Assembly: GCA_043228905.1 (NCBI GenBank) | Contig: JBHGNT010000021.1 | Location: 6,014,001-6,078,000 of the forward strand | Source of the DNA: Azolla caroliniana | Taxonomy: Eukaryota > Plantae > Polypodiophyta | Direction: 5' to 3' | Length of the DNA: 64,000 nt | Shown: piece after piece, positions 12,431 to 24,716 of the stretch | How the letters are laid out: each line of letters opens with the position of its first letter | How positions within the stretch are numbered: the stretch's first letter is position 1 | Position numbers and translations under genes: made by a program | Notes under the pieces: model-generated | What the model was told of the DNA's origin: nothing | The model's input: only the letters and a program-made list of their open reading frames with translations | Databases searched by the model: none

Positions 12431-14425
12431 TGTCGTGAAGTTTCGCGCACGTGTGTTACTTGGGCGGGACCACGAGGATCTCGGACTAGGGAGTACTCTA
12501 GGGATAAAGAAGACCCGAGGTTTGCTTTACGACAATAATACTTCCCGACCACTTCCCGAGCAAGGGCTCGTTGCCTTTTGTTTTGTGAGGCTGATGGCTC
12601 TCGTTGATCACGACTCGTCAACCTTTCGAGATCACCGCATGAGCCAAGTGATCAAACGGGTACAAGCAAGATGAGCACGCAAGATGAATGCACAAGGGGA
12701 CGATAACACAAACACGAATGCCCGTACGTCTTTATGAGGAGGAGAGGTGCATGGGCAAGCCTGAATGCTCCCTCGTCACAAGACGACCGAACATACAAGG
12801 AAGTCGCAAACACACGTACAAATGCTCGTACGTCTTTATGAGGAGGAGAGGTGCATGGGCACGCCCGGAACGCTCCCTCGTCACAAGACAACCGAATGTA
12901 CAAGGAAGACACAAACACGCACACAAAATGCTAGTACGCCTTAATGAGGAGGAGAGGTGCATGGGCCAGCCCAAACGCTCCCTCGTCACGAGACGACCGA
13001 ACGTACAAGGAAGACACAAACAAACGCACAAATACTCGTACGCCTTTATGAGGAGGAGAGATGCATGGGCAAGCCCGAAACGCACCCTCCTCACAAGACG
13101 GCTGAACGTACAAGGAAGACACAAACACACGCACAAATGCTCGTACGTCTTTATGAGGAGGAGAGGTGCATGGGCATGCCCGAAACGGTCCCTCGTCACA
13201 AGACGGCCGACAAGGAAGACACAAACACACACACAAATGCTCGTACGCCTTTATGAGGAGGAGAGGTGCATGGGCAAGCCCGAAACGGTCCCTCGTCACA
13301 AGAGGACCGAACATACAAGGAAGACACAAACACACGCACAAAATGATCGTACGCCTTTATGAGGAGGAGAGGTGCATGGGCAAGCCTGAAACGGTCCCTC
13401 ATCACAAGACTACCAAACGTACAAGGAAGACACAAACACACGCACAAATGCTCGTATGTCTTTATGTGGAGGAGAGGTGCATGGGCACGCCCGAAACACT
13501 CCCTCGTCACAAGACGTCCGAATGTACAAGGAAGACACGAACAAGGAAAGAAGGAAAGGAAGAGACACGAATGATATCGGCCGAAGAAATAAATATGTGT
13601 TCGATTCCAACACAAGAGGACCCTTTATAAAATAGGGTTTGATTACAATGGCAACTTATAGTTAACCACAAGCTCAATCAAAACATAAATACTAAATGCC
13701 CTTAGAGACAAGAGCAAATCCGAACACGGCGAAGATGAACACAACAGCACCACCAAAACGACAATCCCAATGAACCACGACCACCCGAACGACGAGCATA
13801 GGGGCTCGCAACGACGAACGGGGCGGTGCAACGTCGAACCAACGAAGCTTGGGCTCACGAGCACTTTGAGTGCCGACGCGAAGAAGACGAGCACGTGGGG
13901 ATGGGGGGGATGAAGGGGTATGAGATGAAGAGAAGTGGTGAATAAGAAGATGAAGAGCTCCGAAGGAAAAATGGTGATAGTCTCCTCCTCCCAAAAAAAA
14001 CGTCCTCAAATGAGCCCCCCTCGACCCCCTCTTATAGGAAAAAAAGAAGGGGGGGTCGCCAATTTTGTCTTCAATGAAAAAGGAATAAAATTCCTTAAAT
14101 CACTCTGCACTGTAAGACTACATTTGAATCGTGCGCATCTAGTTAGAAGTCAATGTGACTATCCACTAGCCCATTAACTCTCTCTTATATAATATATAAA
14201 TTTATCTCTATAAATTCTTAGCATGTCTCCCATCTACCTCTTATCTCTCCTCTCTTTTACTTTTTGCACGAGCTTCTATACATCCTTTCCACCCCTTTTT
14301 TCCCCTTTTATTTTGCATATGCACAACTAATCGCCTTTGTGTGCACACACATTGCACATGCACATTTTGACTCCCCCTCCCCTTTCGCCGGTTTTTCCCA
14401 CTCTCGAGCACGCCACATCACGACA
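12431..14425 (-). repeat. 5' LTR of C (1995 bp)
   Basis: TGTCGTG...CACGACA inverted termini, followed by the PBS. Confidence 0.9.
12700..13540. repeat. ~105-bp tandem repeat, ~8 copies, inside the C LTR
   Basis: ATGAGGAGGAGAGGTGCATGGG-type motif recurs at ~12735, 12838, 12944, 13048, 13153, 13253, 13359 and 13464. Confidence 0.95.
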
Positions 14426-14990
14426 ACGCAAAACCAAAAGGGTCGCGGCAAACAAGACCGGACTAGACGAGGAACGCGAGCGAGGCGGAGCAACGCCAAA
14501 AGGAGCCAGGTAGAAGAACCGGTTGCCGCAGACACTAACACCACGATTCGACCTCAAGTTGAGCTTGAGGGGGAGTGTTGAGTGAGCAAGCCCAACTGGA
14601 TCCGGATCGGCTAAATAAGCCTGAGCCAGATCGTTATCCGGACAGTATCCGGAAACAACCGGCCGGATCGGGGAGCCGTATCGGAGAGTTGGATTCAAGC
14701 GGGAACCGGAAACCTAGTAGTAGCCTCGACTACTAGGTAATCATTGTCTCGTAGTTAGTGTCAGTTACACTTGTGAGCATTGAAGTACCTAACAATACTT
14801 TATGGAGTTGTATAAATAGTGTTGTTTAGCACGTTGTATCTACAGAGTTTTAGAGTTAATTTTTGAATATAGTTTTATGTTTTGCTTTCTCTGTCTCCTC
14901 TGTGTTTGAAGCTTTTCCATTAAACCTTCATCTCATTTTCTGTTGCTATCCGGCTGAGCCGGTTTTGTCTGACGCGTCCGCACAATAACA
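14426..14990 (+). mobile_element. Copia element M, 3' end (PPT + 3' LTR 14576-14990), inserted in a LINE
   Basis: CTCAAGTTGAGCTTGAGGGGGAG-TGTTGAG...ATAACA; LTR homologous to those of I, J and L. Confidence 0.85.
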
Positions 14991-15850
14991 TTCATAGAGA
15001 ATCGAAAAAGCTAGAAAGTGGACTATCCTTGTTTTGTGACAGATCAAACACCATGATCAATTGGGATAAATCTTGTGCAATATGGCTCTTTGATGAATCA
15101 CATTCAGCCTAGTACCCAGATCCTAGATTCATGTGGATAAACTAGGGAGCGAGCATCAAGTATTTGGGCTTCCAAATTGGCTTCAGCATTCCTCCTAAGA
15201 CAATGATTGCACCATCTATTCACTCCATTCAACAAAAGTTGATACATTGGAGCTTGAAAAAACTATCATTGGCAAGATGCATCATAACAGTGAATCAGGT
15301 ATTACTTGTAGCAGCATGGTACAACCCATCATGTTGGATGGTCTCCAAAGGAAGTATACATCAAATTCAACAACTAGTATGCAATTACATTTGGTCTAGT
15401 AAGGAAAATCATGCAACTCAGACTAATGTGGCGTGGTATGTTCTCACATCAGCCAAGTTGAGAGGAGGGATGAATTTGATTGATCCCCACTCAGAGTCCA
15501 AAGCACTACCTGCCAAATTTGTGGTGTGAGGACTCCAACCAGGGGATGATTGTTGGAAAATGCTACTAAGACTACGTTTTGCTTACTTTAAGTCGCATAC
15601 AAGGGCTAATTGGGCCCCTTAAACGGGATGGATTCTAAACATTGATCTCAATCCAAGGTTCTCATGTCAATTGTAGGATAGATTCAGTGCATACACGTGG
15701 AAGGTGTGGTGTGACATAAGACGAGGGCTCAAGTGCGGTCAACCTAACAACAAACCGGCCTAGCTCAATCAACGCATCCTATGGAACCCATGTATTTGAG
15801 ATGAATCTGCTAAACTAATTCGATCAAGTAAGGGACTGTCATGGGGAAGC
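14991..15850 (+). pseudogene. L1-type LINE ORF2 remnant (end of RT and downstream region)
   Basis: INWDKS...KYLGFQIG...KLIHWSLKKLSLARCIITVNQVL...VAWYVLTSAKLRGGMNLID are typical post-RT L1 motifs; many stops. Confidence 0.8.
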
Positions 15851-16234
15851 TATCACGGACACATCGACTACGAACTCGGACAAAGCACGAATGATGGGGC
15901 TTCCAGCATGGAACTTAAGAACCTAGGAACGACATAAGAGCATGAAGCCAGAGATGAAGAAGGAGACAAGATGGAATGGAACGAGAAGATTAGAGATTGA
16001 TATGTCAATGACTGGTGTTGAATCTCTTGAAAGGGACTAAGGAGGTTACAAGTATTTATACAAGTACTACATGCATTAGAATATTCTAGAGAATATTTGG
16101 GAGAATTTTCTAGAACCCTCTAGAACCTTCTAGTTCTAGAACTTTCTAAAAACTCATGGACATTGAAATAGATAATCTAGTACTAATATATTAAGATATA
16201 CATAACATGATCATGTATTTCAATGTGTTGGTTA

Positions 16235-16907
16235 TGTTGGGATTTCGGTCCCTCCGGATGGGATGTCCGGAGATGAATGACGGCAAGCTCGGAGGCTGTT
16301 GCGGAACCGTAGGATGAAGAGTACCCGGCATGAAGCCGGATGAAGAGTACCCGGTTACGGAGCCGGATGCTGAAGACCCCGGTTACGGATCCGGATGCTG
16401 AAGACCCCGGTTACGGAGCCGGATGACGTATGTACCCGGAGAGAGATCCGGATGCGGGGACATATCTGTGAATATGTTTGCCAAGGGCCCTTGAGGCTAT
16501 ATTTGTAAATAGCCCGAAAGTCATATGTGTATAAATATGACTTAGGGCAAACAGTTTAGTTGGTTGTTGCTCATTTTTCTGTTTTCCACTAAGAGGGAGC
16601 GAAGTGAGAGCAGCCGAGAGAGAGTGAGAGAGAAGGAGGAAGGAAGAGGCCGACGCCTCTGTGTAATACCGCCGCCTGTGGCGAGGACAGCGAGCTCAAG
16701 GTCGTCGCCTTGCAGCTCGCCATTGTACATTCCCGCGTATAGTGATAGCTGGAGTCTTGCACTCCCGTGGTTTTTCCCATTTAGGGTTTTCCACGTAAAA
16801 CATCCAGTGTGCCCTTCTCTCTATTGTTTTCGTGCATTGCTGTATTTCCCGTTTTTCTGTTGAATCGATCCTGTTCCTCGGTTGTGGCTGAGCACGGAAG
16901 TCCGACA
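16235..16907 (+). repeat. 5' LTR of G (673 bp)
   Basis: TGTTGG...CCGACA; 2 copies of a 28-bp U3 repeat; TATAAA at ~16530. Confidence 0.98.
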
Positions 16908-16910
16908 AAG

Positions 16911-16922
16911 TGGTATCAGAGC
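16911..16922 (+). promoter_or_regulatory. PBS of G (initiator tRNA-Met)
   Basis: TGGTATCAGAGC, 3 nt after the LTR. Confidence 0.95.
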
Positions 16923-16938
16923 GACGGTAACACAGAAA

Positions 16939-19900
16939 ATGGAAGGCGGCAGCAGCGGGCAGCCGGGGATGATGGTGCTGAATGCGCAGAACTACGCCGA
17001 CTGGAAGATAAAGATGGAGGATCAGCTCATTGTTCGGGACCTGTATGAACCGATCGACAGGTCGGAAATACCCAAGGGGGTACTTGAGACGGAGTGGAGG
17101 CTTCTGAACCGGAAAGCCGTTGCAACCATTCGGCAATACGTCGACGTGAGCGTTCTACAACACGTGGCGAACGACACCAACGCATATGAGATGTGGAGGA
17201 AGCTGTCGGGCCTCTACGAGAGGAAGAATGCGTTGAACCGGACCTCCCTGATGAGAAAGATAGTGAACCTCAAGTACCGGGACGGCGAGAGTATGGTGGA
17301 ACACGTAAGCACGTTCATGGGATTCGTGAACCAGCTTGCGGCGATCAAGTTCCCGTTGGAGGATGCAATGCAAGCCATCATCCTGATGTGTACATTGCCG
17401 GACAGCTGGGAGAACTTGGTGGTGACTCTCAGCACCTCCTGCGCCGAAGATAACTTGTCCCTACAAACGGTAAAGACAAGTATTTTGAACGAAGAAGCGC
17501 GTCGGAGAGATAAAGAACCGGTCTCCGACTCGAAGGCGCTGCTTACCGAATCGGAACGGGGAAGACAGTGGAACCGGAGTCCGCAAAGACGGGAGAAGTC
17601 GGGGACCCGGTCGCAGTCAAGAGGAAGGCCAACATGCTTCCACTGTGGGAAGCCGGGGCACTTCCGGAAGAATTGTCGGCATTACCGAAAGGACAACGGA
17701 GCCGACGACACCGATTCGAAGAAGTCACCGGAGAGAAACGGTGCATACCGGGGAGCCACGGACCGGAGAGGTCCGGATCGGCGAGGGCAGGACCGGAAAG
17801 GAACGACGGCACTCGCGGCAAGTGAAGAAGAGATAATGCTTATTACCGAAGAGAGGGAGCTGAACCTTGCCGGTGTAGAGATGACCTGGGTGGTCGATTC
17901 CGGAGCGTCGTTCCACCTGACCCCGGAGAAGAAATACTTCTCATCCTACACAGCCGGTGAGCACGGCTGTGTCCGGATGGGAAATGAAGGTACGTGCCGG
18001 ATAGCCGGCATAGGAGACGTGTGGCTGATGACCTCAACCGGATGCAAGATGCTGCTGAAGGATGTGCGACACGTTCCGGAGGTCCGATTGAACCTGATCT
18101 CGGCCGGGAGGCTAGACGATGAAGGCTACACGGGTAGCATCCGGAACGGTGTCATGAAGTTCAGCAAGGGGAGCCTGATAGTGGCTCGGGCCCGGAAGGT
18201 CAACACGCTGTACCTGATGAATTCCCGGCTATGTCCGGAAGAGCTGAATGTGGCAGCCGACACTGCCGGTGAGCTGTGGCACAAAAGACTGTGCCACATG
18301 AGTGAGAAGGGGATGAAGAGGCTTGCAGAAGACAACCTCATTCCAGTGAAGCATGTGCACCTGGAGAAGTGCACCGACTGCCTGGCCGGTAAGCAAAACC
18401 GGACCTCCTTCCACTCAAGGCCACCGACGAGACGTAGCGCACCATTGGAGTTGGTGCACACTGATGTGTGTCAGGTAGAAACGAAGTCACATGGCGGAGC
18501 CCAGTACTTCGTAACATTCATTGATGATCACAGCCGGAAGCTGTGGACGGCACCGTTGAAGACAAAGGACCAAGTGTTGTCCGTCTTCAAAGAACTCCAC
18601 GCGAGAGTGGAAAGGGAATCCGGCAAGAAGCTGAAAGCGATACGAGCGGATAACGGAGGGGAATACCGGGGGCAGTTCGCGGAGTACTGTCGCTCGAAGG
18701 GAATCCGGCTCGAGTTTACTGTGCCGAAGACGCCGGAACTGAACGGGCTGGCCGAGAGGATGAACCGGACCATAATGGAGAGGGTCCGGAGTATGCTAGC
18801 ACATGCGAAATTACCCAAGGGGTTTTGGGCTGAGGCGATGTCGACGGCGACATACGTGATAAATAGATCACCCTCAGTACCTTTGGACGGAGACACGCCG
18901 CAGAGAGTGTGGACCGGTAAGGAAGTGTCCTACCGGCATCTGAAGGTGTTCGGGTGTCTCGCATACGTGCATGTGGCAAAGGACCGGAGAGGAAAGCTAG
19001 ATCCAAAGACCCGGCCATGCATATTCCTCGGTTACGGCGACGACGAGTTCGGCTACCGAGTATGGGACCCGGTCGACAAGAAGATATTCAGGAGTCGAGA
19101 CATCATCTTCATGGAGGACAAGACACTCGCCGACTGGGAGTCGGAGAAGAAGATGAAGAGCTCCAAGTTGACCGGTGAGGATCAACTCTACGAGGAGCAG
19201 TCCCGACCGGCAAGGGACCGGTTAACACTCGAGGATCCGGCCGAAGACTATGAAGAAACAGAACCGGCCGAAGAAGATGAAAATGATACCGGAACCGGCC
19301 CCGATCCCGAAATGGATTCGGATGAAGAAGAATCGTAAGAACCGGTTACCGAAGCTCCGGAACGGAGATATCCTCTAAGAGAGAGAAGGGCCCCCCGGAG
19401 ATTTCCGGAACCAGAGCACGTGCTGCTAACCGACGAGGGGGAGCCGGAGAGCTTTGAAGAAGCAAAGCATGACACCCAGAGCCGCAGGTGGTTGAGTGCC
19501 ATGCAGGACGAGATGGATTCCCTGCATGAGAACCACACATATGAACTTGTGGAGTTGCCGAAAGGAAAGCGGGCACTTCGAAACAAGTGGGTGTTCAAGC
19601 TGAAACCGGGAGATGCCGGAAACCCCCCGAGATACAAAGCCAGGATCGTGGTGAAGGGGTTTCAGCAGAAGAAGGGCGTCGACTTCGACGAGATATTCGC
19701 CCCGGTAGTGAAGATGACCTCCATCCGGACGGTGCTGAGCATAGCGGCAAGCATGGACCTCGAGGTAGAACAGATGGACGTGAAGACGGCATTCCTTCAC
19801 GGTGACCTCGAAGAAGAGATCTACATGCAGCAACCGGAAGGATTCGAGAAGAAAGGGAAGGAGCACCTGGTATGCCGGTTGAAGAAGAGCCTTTACGGAC

Positions 19901-21012
19901 TGAAGCAGGCTCCCCGGCAATGGTACCGGAAGTTCGACTCCTTCATGACCGACGAAGGGTACCACAAGACGCAGTCTGATCACTGCGTGTTTGTGAAGAA
20001 GTTCGAAGGAGGAGACTCTCTAATACTCCTCCTGTACGTGGACGACATGTTGATCGTCGGACGGGACCAGGTCAAGATACGGGCGCTGAAGAAAGCGCTT
20101 CACCGAACCTTCTCAATGAAGGACCTGGGTCCGGCGAGGCAAATACTAGGGATGCATATCATCCGGGACCGGAAGAAGAAGCAGTTGTGGCTGTCACAGG
20201 AGAAGTACGTGACAAAGGTGCTTCAACGGTTCAACATGTCGGAAGCAAGACCGGTCGGGTCAACCCTCCCGGCAAACTGCAAGCTGTCCAGCAAGCAAAG
20301 CCCCAAGACAAAGGCTGAGAAGGAGGACATGATGAAAGTACCATATGCCTCTGCCGTTGGAAGCTTAATGTACGCAATGGTGTGTACAAGACCGGACATA
20401 GGATATGCAGTTGGAGTGGTAAGCCGGTACATGAGCAATCCCGGCAAAGAGCACTGGAACGCGGTCAAGTGGATACTCCGATACCTGAAGGGCACGGCAA
20501 ACGTGTGCCTCCGATTCGGCTCCGGTAAGCCCGAATTCGACGGCTTTACCGATTCGGATATGTCGGCTGATGCAGATACCAGCCGGTCCACATCAGGGTA
20601 TGTGATGACGTATGCAGGTGGAGCTGTTTCGTGGCAGTCGAGGCTGCAGAAGACGGTTGCGTTGTCAACCACGGAGGCGGAGTACATGGCGGCGGTTGAA
20701 GCCGGCAAGGAAATAATATGGATGAAGGACTTCATTAGAGAGCTCGGTATCAAGCAGGAGGAGTATCGACTCTACTGCGATAGTCAGAGTGCCATCCACC
20801 TTGCGAAGAACGCGGCCTACCATTCCCGGACGAAACACATCCAGCGAAGATATCACTGGATCCGGGAAAGGATAGAAGACAAGGAGTTCGTGCTGACGAA
20901 GATCCACACGGACGAGAACGGGTCGGATATGCTGACCAAGGTGCTCACACCCGACAAGCTGGAAGCATGCCGGAAGAGGATCGGGTTGGAGAGACATCCC
21001 ATGCCGAAGTGA
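16939..21012 (+). CDS. gag-pol: G Gag-PR-IN-RT-RNase H polyprotein with one in-frame TAA at 19336-19338
   Basis: CFHCGKPGHFRKNC, WVVDSGASFH, WHKRLCH...CTDC, RADNGGEY, LLYVDD, SDSD...TEAEY...CDS; ORFs 16882-19338 and 19420-21012 share a frame. Confidence 0.95.
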
Positions 21013-21022
21013 AGGGGGAGTT

Positions 21023-21751
21023 TGTTGGGATTTCGGTCCCTCCGGATGGGATGTCCGGAGATGAATGACGGCAAGCCCGGAGGCTGTTGCGGAACCGTAG
21101 GATGAAGAGTACCCGGCATGAAGCCGGATGAAGAGTACCCGGTTACGGAGCCGGATGCTGAAGACCCCGGTTACGGATCCGGATGCTGAAGACCCCGGTT
21201 ACGGATCCGGATGCTGAAGACCCCGGTTACGGATCCGGATGCTGAAGACCCCGGTTACGGAGCCGGATGACGTATGTACCCGGAGAGAGATCCGGATGCG
21301 GGGACATATCTGTGAATATGTTTGCCAAGGGCCCTTGAGGCTATATTTGTAAATAGCCCGAAAGTCATATGTGTATAAATATGACTTAGGGCAAACAGTT
21401 TAGTTGGTTGTTGCTCATTTTTCTGTTTTCCACTAAGAGGGAGCGAAGTGAGAGCAGCCGAGAGAGAGTGAGAGAGAAGGAGGAAGGAAGAGGCCGACGC
21501 CTCTGTGTAATACCGCCGCCTGTGGCGAGGACAGCGAGCTCAAGGTCGTCGCCTTGCAGCTCGCCATTGTACATTCCCGCGTATAGTGATAGTTGGAGTC
21601 TTGCACTCCCGTGGTTTTTCCCATTTAGGGTTTTCCACGTAAAACATCCAGTGTGCCCTTCTCTCTATTGTTTTCGTGCATTGCTGTATTTCCCGTTTTT
21701 CTGTTGAATCGATCCTGTTCCTCGGTTGTGGCTGAGCACGGAAGTCCGACA
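21023..21751 (+). repeat. 3' LTR of G (729 bp)
   Basis: Same as the 5' LTR except 4 rather than 2 copies of the 28-bp unit and 2 C/T differences seen by eye. Confidence 0.98.
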
Positions 21752-21815
21752 GGTTAGAACATAACACTTGACATATGCAAGAGGGGAAGAGTTCGAATCT
21801 TGACATGACAAAAGC

Positions 21816-22410
21816 ATTGTAAAGGGTTCAACAATGACTATAGAATGTTGGAGGCAGTTTATGTCACTACCACACAAGATCAAGCCAACATACTCTACAT
21901 TATCCAGGGCAAATGGACTACGAGATCTAAAATTGTGAATGCTCTATGGCTTGGGGAAGTTGTTAGTCCAAGGATGATAATGTAGAAGTGGATAGGCAAT
22001 GAGGATGAGGGTTCTTTGATTCCAATAGGTAGGGAAACACCGAATAGGATCCAAGGCCATAAGCTGTGAGACAGTGAAGGCCACATGTCACTGTTGGTTA
22101 GAGTGTGGTAGTGTGGGATTCTTAGCTCTCCTAATTTTATAGGGTGCCCCAATGCAATAGAATCAATCAACACGCTCTGTGGGACTGCATGGAGACCCAT
22201 CGAATTTGGCGAGGAGGCTGGCCAACTATTGAAATTATGTTAGGTGCAAGGCACATTCAAGTTAGGGAATGTATGCACGCTAAAGAGCCAATACAATGGC
22301 ACTACAAGTGGATCCGATGCAGTCAAAAGACAACGATTATGCTTCATCTAACAATGGTCGTCCTCTCCTTTTCTTGAGTCATTGGGCCTCGACATAAGAT
22401 GGAACCATCA
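21816..22410 (+). pseudogene. Continuation of the LINE remnant
   Basis: Frame continues from 15850 (IVKGSTMTIECWRQF); the right end is approximate. Confidence 0.5.
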
Positions 22411-23146
22411 ATTCCTTCTGGGATTTGCATGTAATATTCTCAAGTGTAAAATTGTATAGCTAATGGAAGGAGTTTTGTTTTTGGGAAAAAAAGAAAAAAG
22501 AGTGACACATAGGAAATGGGTAATTAAAACAGGCACGCTTGCGGATTCTAAAAAATTAACTATATATCCTTGATCCAAGTTGGGCACATAGTTCCATGAA
22601 ATCAAGGATTAGTGCATATTTATACATTGAATGTTTTTACACAACTCTGTTAAGATTGATTTAAAATATTTTTTTTGGCTATTTATAAAATTTTGTTATT
22701 GAGTTTAATGCAGTCAATGTAGAAACTTCATTGGATATTTGTCAAGATTCAAATACAAACTAGGCATGCCATTGTAACTTAGAGAATTTGCAAAATAGTG
22801 AATTGGACTATGTTTGAAGGAAGGAGTAATAACAAGATATACTATTAGGGTACTGAAAACCAAACATTTTCTTATGTACAAAAGTCGTGTATAGAGCACA
22901 ATTGCATTATCTACTTGCGTAGCAGATAGTTTCCTTGGGGCTTGGTCCAATACCTTTGATGGAAATGGTTGATTTTATGGTAGGAATTCTCTTCAATCAA
23001 TTTAAAAAACTCAATGTTTAATTTTGGTTGGGTGATTGTACATAAGGTATCCTATCTCTGTTATGTGTTGAAAGATGACATTGCTCTAACCATACGAGGG
23101 AACTAGGTCATTATGCATCATTTTCAAGGTTTCCTCCGTTCATTTC

Positions 23147-23945
23147 TGTTGGGGAAGCACACAACAATACCACACAAAAGCTAATAAATTGTTTCCCCAC
23201 TGGTGTTGTAAAATATAAGCAAGTAATCAAAACAAACTAATCTAGACAGCAATTCTGCAAGAAATTCCACACCCAAACACTAACAAACAAATGATAATGG
23301 AGACATGAGATTTACGTGGAAAACCTCGATCTGGGGAAAAACCACGAGACTGTTCACATCGGCACCAAAACTCCACTAATCAACAATAATCTAGTGGGTA
23401 CAACAAATTTTCATCTCTAGTTCAAAACTAGAGGTTTTACAATCTTCAAGGTAAGTCCTTGGATCATGAAATCTCCACAAATCATCACTGATAGTGGCAA
23501 ATTACACAAATTCATGAGTTTTGATTTGAGAAGAATCTATGAAGATAGAGAGTTCAAAACAATAATCATACGTTGGATTTGAAGAATAGAATGTCAAGAA
23601 CAACTCACTAAATCTTGCCGACGATCCACGGTTGTTTGGTTGTCTATCGAGGCTGGAATGGTTCTTTCTACTCTCTCTCTCTCTATATATATGTATATAC
23701 TTTCTTGTTGTGTGTTCATTTTAGCATTCACCAAAAGCAGAAATAGTAATAATAAGGGTTGTTTTTCTAAAACCCCTCATTACCCCTAAAAAAGACCTAT
23801 AAGTGGAGACTTTGTTTGGGCCCTTTTCATGCATAATTTGGACCCATTACAACATACACATCCACATACTAATGTGGGTAAACAAAGCATAGACTCAATT
23901 AAATATTTGGACCTCTTCCTCCATGTAAGAGGGTACAACCCAACA
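23147..23945 (-). mobile_element. Copia solo LTR (799 bp)
   Basis: TGTTGGG...CCCAACA, perfect TSD ATTTC; minus-strand motif CGTGGTTTTTCCC...GGTTTTCCACGTAAA also occurs in the G LTR. Confidence 0.9.
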
Positions 23946-24248
23946 ATTTCACGCCCTTTGATTTGAGGGTGTTTGAAAATCTTTGCTAATGATATTTGTT
24001 TTGCATGAACACTTCTAAAACTACAAGAAAGATGAGTAAAAACTTTTTTGTAAAGCAATTTTTTCTTTGAAGTGTGACAATATTTACACACTGGACATGT
24101 TTGAGATGTGATTTACCATATAGATTTAAATGAGAGTGTTCCATTGTATCGTGTTTGAGTGAGGATGTCATCAAATGATAAGGTAAATAAAACATAGTTA
24201 CTATATTTTCGTTGTTTTTTAATGCTTCATTATGGCTTTAGTTGGTAG

Positions 24249-24716
24249 TGTAAGAAGTACATGCGAAAGGTTACGAACAACAGACACACCCGACTCAGTC
24301 AGATGGCTGATAATAGATAGTTAGGTACACACAATAATGAGATGAGATGAGAGAGATAGAGCAGACAACCAAAATTCTATTAGAAAATATTCTCTATCTC
24401 AACTACATACAATGTGCTCGCAAAGGACTTTTTATACAAGCCCTGATGAGTGGGCTGACAAGTATTGACATGTCCTTGAATGCTCATTGAATGATCCTGA
24501 CTCTAACAACCCACAATATTCCTATTTACTAAAACAGGAAAATAGACCCCCAACAGCCTATCGGATTCCATTTGACTCGACCAGCCGATTCAGTTTAACA
24601 ACCAATTCGGTTTTTGGATTATTAAACTGATTCGGGCCTAGCCGATCGGTCTTAACCCGATCCAACTCTCAGCTTCTTCAGCCGATTTGGTCCATGTTGA
24701 GCTTGTTCACTCAACA
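24249..24716 (-). repeat. 3' LTR of I
   Basis: Matches 38592-39003; TGTTGAG...CTTACA on the minus strand. Confidence 0.9.

Larger units (their letters stand above)
4120..14425 (-). mobile_element. Ty3/gypsy element C (degenerate, ~2-kb LTRs); inserted in the 3' region of copia M
   Basis: 5' LTR 14425-12431, 3' LTR remnant 4799-4120 (matches 13595-14425), PBS, PPT and gag-PR/pol remnants in gypsy order. Confidence 0.92.
16235..21751 (+). mobile_element. Full-length young Ty1/copia element G (Tnt1/Tork-like)
   Basis: LTRs 16235-16907 and 21023-21751; perfect TSD GGTTA (16230-16234 / 21752-21756); PBS TGGTATCAGAGC at 16911; PPT GAAGGGGGAG 21011-21020. Confidence 0.98.
15851..21810 (-). mobile_element. 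Solo LTR (~440 bp, related to the LTR of chromovirus H), split by copia G
   Basis: 15851-16234 plus 21757-21810, reverse-complemented, resembles 37365-37748. Termini T(A)TCAC.../...CATGACA; TSD GAAGC/AAAGC; the LINE frame (LSWGS|IVKGS) rejoins across it. Confidence 0.8.

Noticed and set aside
12688-13630. Long ORFs on both strands
   Set aside because: They arise from the ~105-bp tandem repeat inside an LTR and show no domain signal.
15837-15850. TGTCATG as the left end of the solo LTR (perfect inverted match to 21804-21810)
   Set aside because: It gives no TSD and is in-frame LINE sequence (LSWGS); a boundary at 15851 gives GAAGC/AAAGC and matches the H LTR end.
22410-23146. Possible small host exons in AT-rich DNA (also 57070-59100)
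   Set aside because: No convincing ORF, domain or consistent splice pattern is visible by eye.
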